In this document: piece after piece, positions 60,305-64,000 of the stretch
Numbering within the stretch: position 1 is the stretch's first letter
Layout of the letters: each line of letters starts with the position of its first letter
NCBI RefSeq assembly: GCF_025526975.1
Contig: NW_026515683.1
Coordinates: forward strand, 62,001 to 126,000
Origin: Fimicolochytrium jonesii
Lineage: Eukaryota
DNA: 64,000 nucleotides
Direction of reading: 5' to 3'
Notes under the pieces: model-generated
Database searches by the model: none
What the model saw: the letters and a program-made list of their open reading frames with translations, nothing else
What the model was told of the DNA's origin: nothing
Made by a program: the position numbers and the translations under genes

Positions 60305-61054
60305 TTATCTCCCCTCTCCACCGCCTACATCATCCCTCCCCTTCGCCTCCCCCCTCCTAAATCCATCCAAATCCTCCACCCAAATCGCATCCAACCGCTC
60401 ACTACCCCCACTCACACCTCCCGCACCGCCCGGTCCACCTCCGCCAAACACCACCTCGGGGGTATTCACATGCTTCAACAGCACCTCCAACGTTTCCTCC
60501 TTCAATCCAAATTGGCGGGCGAGGGCTGCATTGGAGAGTTCTGCGGGGTGCACTGTTCGACGCATCCTGAGGAGCATGGTGAGGGTGGAGGTTGGGAGAC
60601 GGCCGGTAGGTTCCGGGGTTGTTGACGGCATGGTGGGATTGATTTCGCGGGTTTCGTAGAGTGACGCATGGGAAGCGCTGTCCTGCTGGGCATTGAGCTG
60701 CCGTTTGTTGAGGATGGTGAGCATTTCGTTGTCTTTGCGGAACTCCCGTTTGGGAACTGAGCTCAGATCGAAGGCCATCTTCTGGTAGTGTTCCAGGAGC
60801 CGTTTATGTTCTTCCCTTGGGTCTTCCACAGGGGTCCCGTTTCCATCAGACTCCTGGGCCTGCTGGGCCTGCGGTGCCACACCTCCAGGATGCAAGGCAT
60901 CCTGCAGAGGCACTGCTCCTGCTGTTGTGGGATGTGCTGAAGCTGATGTCGGCGTCGGGTGGATGTGGGCGGGTCCGGTTGCCAACGGAGTTCCGGCGGC
61001 CGTGGGAGGCCGTGTTGGGAAGCGGCGGACTGTTTTGGAGGTCTGGCTGCCCAT
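60305..61054 (-). CDS. Putative NDUFAF4-like complex I assembly factor, intronless
   Basis: MGSQTSK myristoylation-type N-terminus. C-terminal PTGRLPTSTLTMLLRMRR..LSNAALARQFGLKEETLEVLLKHVNTPEV resembles the NDUFAF4 C-terminus as I recall it. Confidence 0.55.
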   Translation of the reverse strand: MGSQTSKTVRRFPTRPPTAAGTPLATGPAHIHPTPTSASAHPTTAGAVPLQDALHPGGVAPQAQQAQESDGNGTPVEDPREEHKRLLEHYQKMAFDLSSVPKREFRKDNEMLTILNKRQLNAQQDSASHASLYETREINPTMPSTTPEPTGRLPTSTLTMLLRMRRTVHPAELSNAALARQFGLKEETLEVLLKHVNTPEVVFGGGGPGGAGGVSGGSERLDAIWVEDLDGFRRGEAKGRDDVGGGEGR

Positions 61055-61240
61055 AGCTGGAGTTTTCCTTATCGGGGGTGTGTGTGTCGGTTTCTTTGCT
61101 GCTGTCTTTTCGAGAGCGTTTGATGTCGCCGCACCTCCGAGTCTGCCCATCCTCATTTTCCAGGATTGAACTGAAAGTTCGCACCGAGACACCACCACAC
61201 GCTATCCACTATCTTCAGCAAAGCAGGTCTTATCGCCGCA

Positions 61241-62731
61241 ATGAAAGCGTCGTCACCCGTCACCGCAGGCCTAAAGAGGGAGACCCCGACATCGCCCGCC
61301 TCGCCTTCAGAAACCGCCGACGTCCAACGTATGCGATTTGGTTGCAGACTGGAGTCGACGGCATTTTGACTTACAGACCGTCACCATTCACATTTTCACC
61401 AGCAAAGAAACTCAAACTCGAAGATGACCATCCCGTTGAGTCAACCACGTCTTCCACCAGCAACCCCGACCGACAACCATATTCTTCACGTGGAGGACGG
61501 GGGCGAGGAGGAGGCGGACGTGGTGGGCATGGTCACTCCGGACATAATGCGGGGCGTCCTGTTCTCAAACGCACGATGAAGGCTGGGGCGGACCCGCAGA
61601 TTGCGGCGCTTTTTGAGAACGTTACGGGGATTTTGGATGATATGGTAGGTGGGCACGCCAGGTTCTAGATGGCTCCGGTTGGCGAATGATTACAGTGGGC
61701 GGAAGGGGTGAAGGAAGCTAATGATACCGTTTTGCTCGTGCATCCAGTACGATAGGAGGGAACGAATCATTAAGACTTCGAGGGACATCACGATCGGAAG
61801 CAAGCGAATGATTTTCTTACTCCATCGGTAATCTTTTCCGGAAGATGCTCCCCACTTCATCATTTCCTCTATCTCATCACGGCCGCTTCTCTGTGACCTA
61901 CCATAGAATAACAACAACCGCAGACACAGCATCCCTCTTCACCGAAGCCCACGCCAAGCTAGCCGACCTCCAACATCTTTTCGCCATAGTCCTTCCCGAT
62001 CTCCACGGTCCGGACTTCTGGAAACACCACCGCGCAATCCAACCCGGCCTCGAAGAGTTCATCGAAGCCGTCTCGTTCCTCTGGTTTCTCGAGAAGGGGA
62101 GACTCGTCACAAAGGAAGAGGTGCAGGAGTGCGTTGGGATTGGGCAGGGCGATGCGAATGTGGAAGGTGGTGCAGCGACGGAGACGATCGGTGACAAGGA
62201 GAAGAGGGTTCTGGTCACAAATGAAGACTATGTGATGGGTTTGGGGGATCTGACGGGCGAGTTGATGCGGCATTGCATCAATTTGATCACGAGAGGCGAC
62301 CATGTGGGTGCTCAGACAATTTGCACGTTTATGAGGAACTTTGCGGCCGGTGAGAATCTTAGGGGACATCGACTTGGGGCGTGAAATGCGACACTTACGA
62401 CCCGTGTTCAAATCTGACTGCCCTTCATGCTCCTTCCATCACATTCTCATGCTCCTTGTTTCGCCGCTCACCAGAGTACGAGGCGATCTCAGCCGACTTC
62501 TCACCAGCCCGCAAAAAGGTCCCTGCCATGGTTGCCAGTCTCCGCAAAGTGGAAAATGGTATGTCTTTTCGAAACTCATGCTACACATAAATCCATCGGC
62601 CACTCAACATGACCGCGTCCCACCCAACTACAGCATGCTACACAGTGAAAGTCCGCGGGGCGGAATACCCACCCGATCGTCTGGCCGAGTTTCTCATGTC
62701 TCTCGACCACTCCGGCGCTCGTGACGAGTGA
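61241..62731 (+). CDS. TSNAX: Translin-associated factor X (TRAX, C3PO nuclease subunit), multi-exon
   Basis: YDRRERIIKTSRDITIGSKRMIFLLHR, PGLEEFIEAVSF, DYVMGLGDLTGELMR, SLRKVENACYTVKVRGAE. Confidence 0.92.
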
Positions 62732-63272
62732 TCAGTGATGAATCACATTGTGGCATGCTGTACGGTACATATCAGCAACGCAACCAATAATTTGCGCAGA
62801 TATCAACCCCCTACCTCCACTATCTGGCGGAGATGAGCTCACGGAGGTGCGAAATTCATCTGCAACTGTCTACTAAACGTAAAACGGCGCATCTTTTCAT
62901 TTTGGGCATCTTTTTTTGGGAAAAGCCTTTAGCATAGCAAACACGGCGTCTAGTCGTCCCTAGGCAGTATTATGTACACCGCCGAAGCCATCGTTGTCGA
63001 GCCTGGCGCCTTTCCGAACGTTTGTGTACATAGCTTGCATAGGGGGAATCATATGAAGATAGTGTTTTCACCTGAGGCGAGAAAACTGGTCTTGGGGGGC
63101 GCAAAGCCAAGAGGGGAGAGTGAACACGTCAACGACTCCACGGCCGCCATGACTTCACGCGTTGGCGAGCGGCTCAAGAACTGCACTCGCCTTACAAAAC
63201 AAACGACCAAGGCTATTGCATTCTGTTCCCACGACTAATACCCTACACCCGAAACTATTTTAGAGGTCCATA

Positions 63273-64000
63273 ATGTCCTCAGGGTAAAGTTTCGCCGCGC
63301 CAGGGACAATGCAACCAGATCTCCAGTTATGCAACAATATCACTCACTTTCCCATCCTTCCTTTAGCTGGTCAAACAACACCAACAACGGCTGGGGAAGC
63401 AGCAGTCGCGGACACGAAGAGTTCAACGAGCGGCTGCTGGAGCGGCAGAATGATGATGCGTTGCACTCGCTGCATGGGAAGATCTCGGCTTTGAAGAATG
63501 TAATGTCGGGAATTCTATGCGGGGCTGGTTTTTGGAGAATGGGGAGAGGTTGACTGCTGGACGTTGGGCGGCGGCGATAGAGAAGCGCTTGGCCGCTTTC
63601 CACCATTCACCGCAAAGGCTATGGTCTGATATGGGCATGGAGTGTTGACACCAATGATCATCTGCAGGTTACGATAGATATGCATGATGATGTGAATACG
63701 CAGAACGAGTGAGTAGAGGTTGTTGGGCGTTGGACCAACATCTTCACTTGAAACTGACATCAGTTTGTATTTCAGATTGTTGAGCAAGATGGTAGGCTGC
63801 CAAGAACCCGCTGGCATCCAAACAGTGCATATTGACCTCATCGTATCGACGTACATCTCTTACATCTCACATAGGGCATGAACTTCGATAATGCGAAAGA
63901 CCAGCTCAGCGGCAGCATGCGCCGGCTCAAACTGATGATCAACACCAAGCACGGGAAAAACACATGGACGATCGTCGGCGTCATCCTTGTGTTGTGCTTT
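63273..64000 (+). CDS. BET1: Bet1/Sft1-type Qc-SNARE, 5 exons including a 16-nt micro-exon; truncated by the window end in the TM helix
   Basis: LERQNDDALHSLHGKISALKNVTIDMHDDVNTQNELLSKMGMNFDNAKDQLSGSMRRLKLM..WTIVGVILVLCF. Confidence 0.88.

Overview
Gene-dense eukaryotic nuclear DNA. It has short GT-AG introns (mostly 55-100 nt, with CTRAC-type branch points), fungal-type housekeeping genes and two axonemal genes (DRC5/TCTE1 and p28/DNALI1), so it most likely comes from a zoosporic fungus (chytrid). I built about 26 spliced gene models by hand: SSK2-type MAPKKK, FES1, MAM33, PXR1/PINX1, TSR3, DRC5, a FlaR-like P-loop kinase, a ZFC3H1/Red1-like protein, an F-box protein, TMEM256/DUF423, uL29m, an MDC1-like protein, DNALI1, NDUFA5, a giant E/R/K-helix protein, NAF1, a second F-box-like protein, EFL1/RIA1, DUF4385, an NDUFAF4-like protein, TRAX, BET1 and several orphans. 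I saw no rRNA, CRISPR array, intact transposase or convincing tRNA. Highlights: (1) one in-phase spliced gene fusing F-box + plant At4g00755-type domain + clathrin-heavy-chain linker-like module; (2) an array of covarying GA-GC-GN(N)A-GC-GA mini-hairpins in an abnormally long intron; (3) an animal-like MDC1 (FHA, acidic motifs, PST-like repeats, tandem BRCT) whose FHA lacks the phospho-binding Arg; (4) an orientation-independent C-rich to G-rich oscillation inside many coding exons; (5) an orphan of about 2000 aa carrying an EDGEI (ARS2-type) motif; (6) a degenerate 15-mer array. All family assignments are from recalled motifs, not database searches, and exon boundaries are manual predictions.
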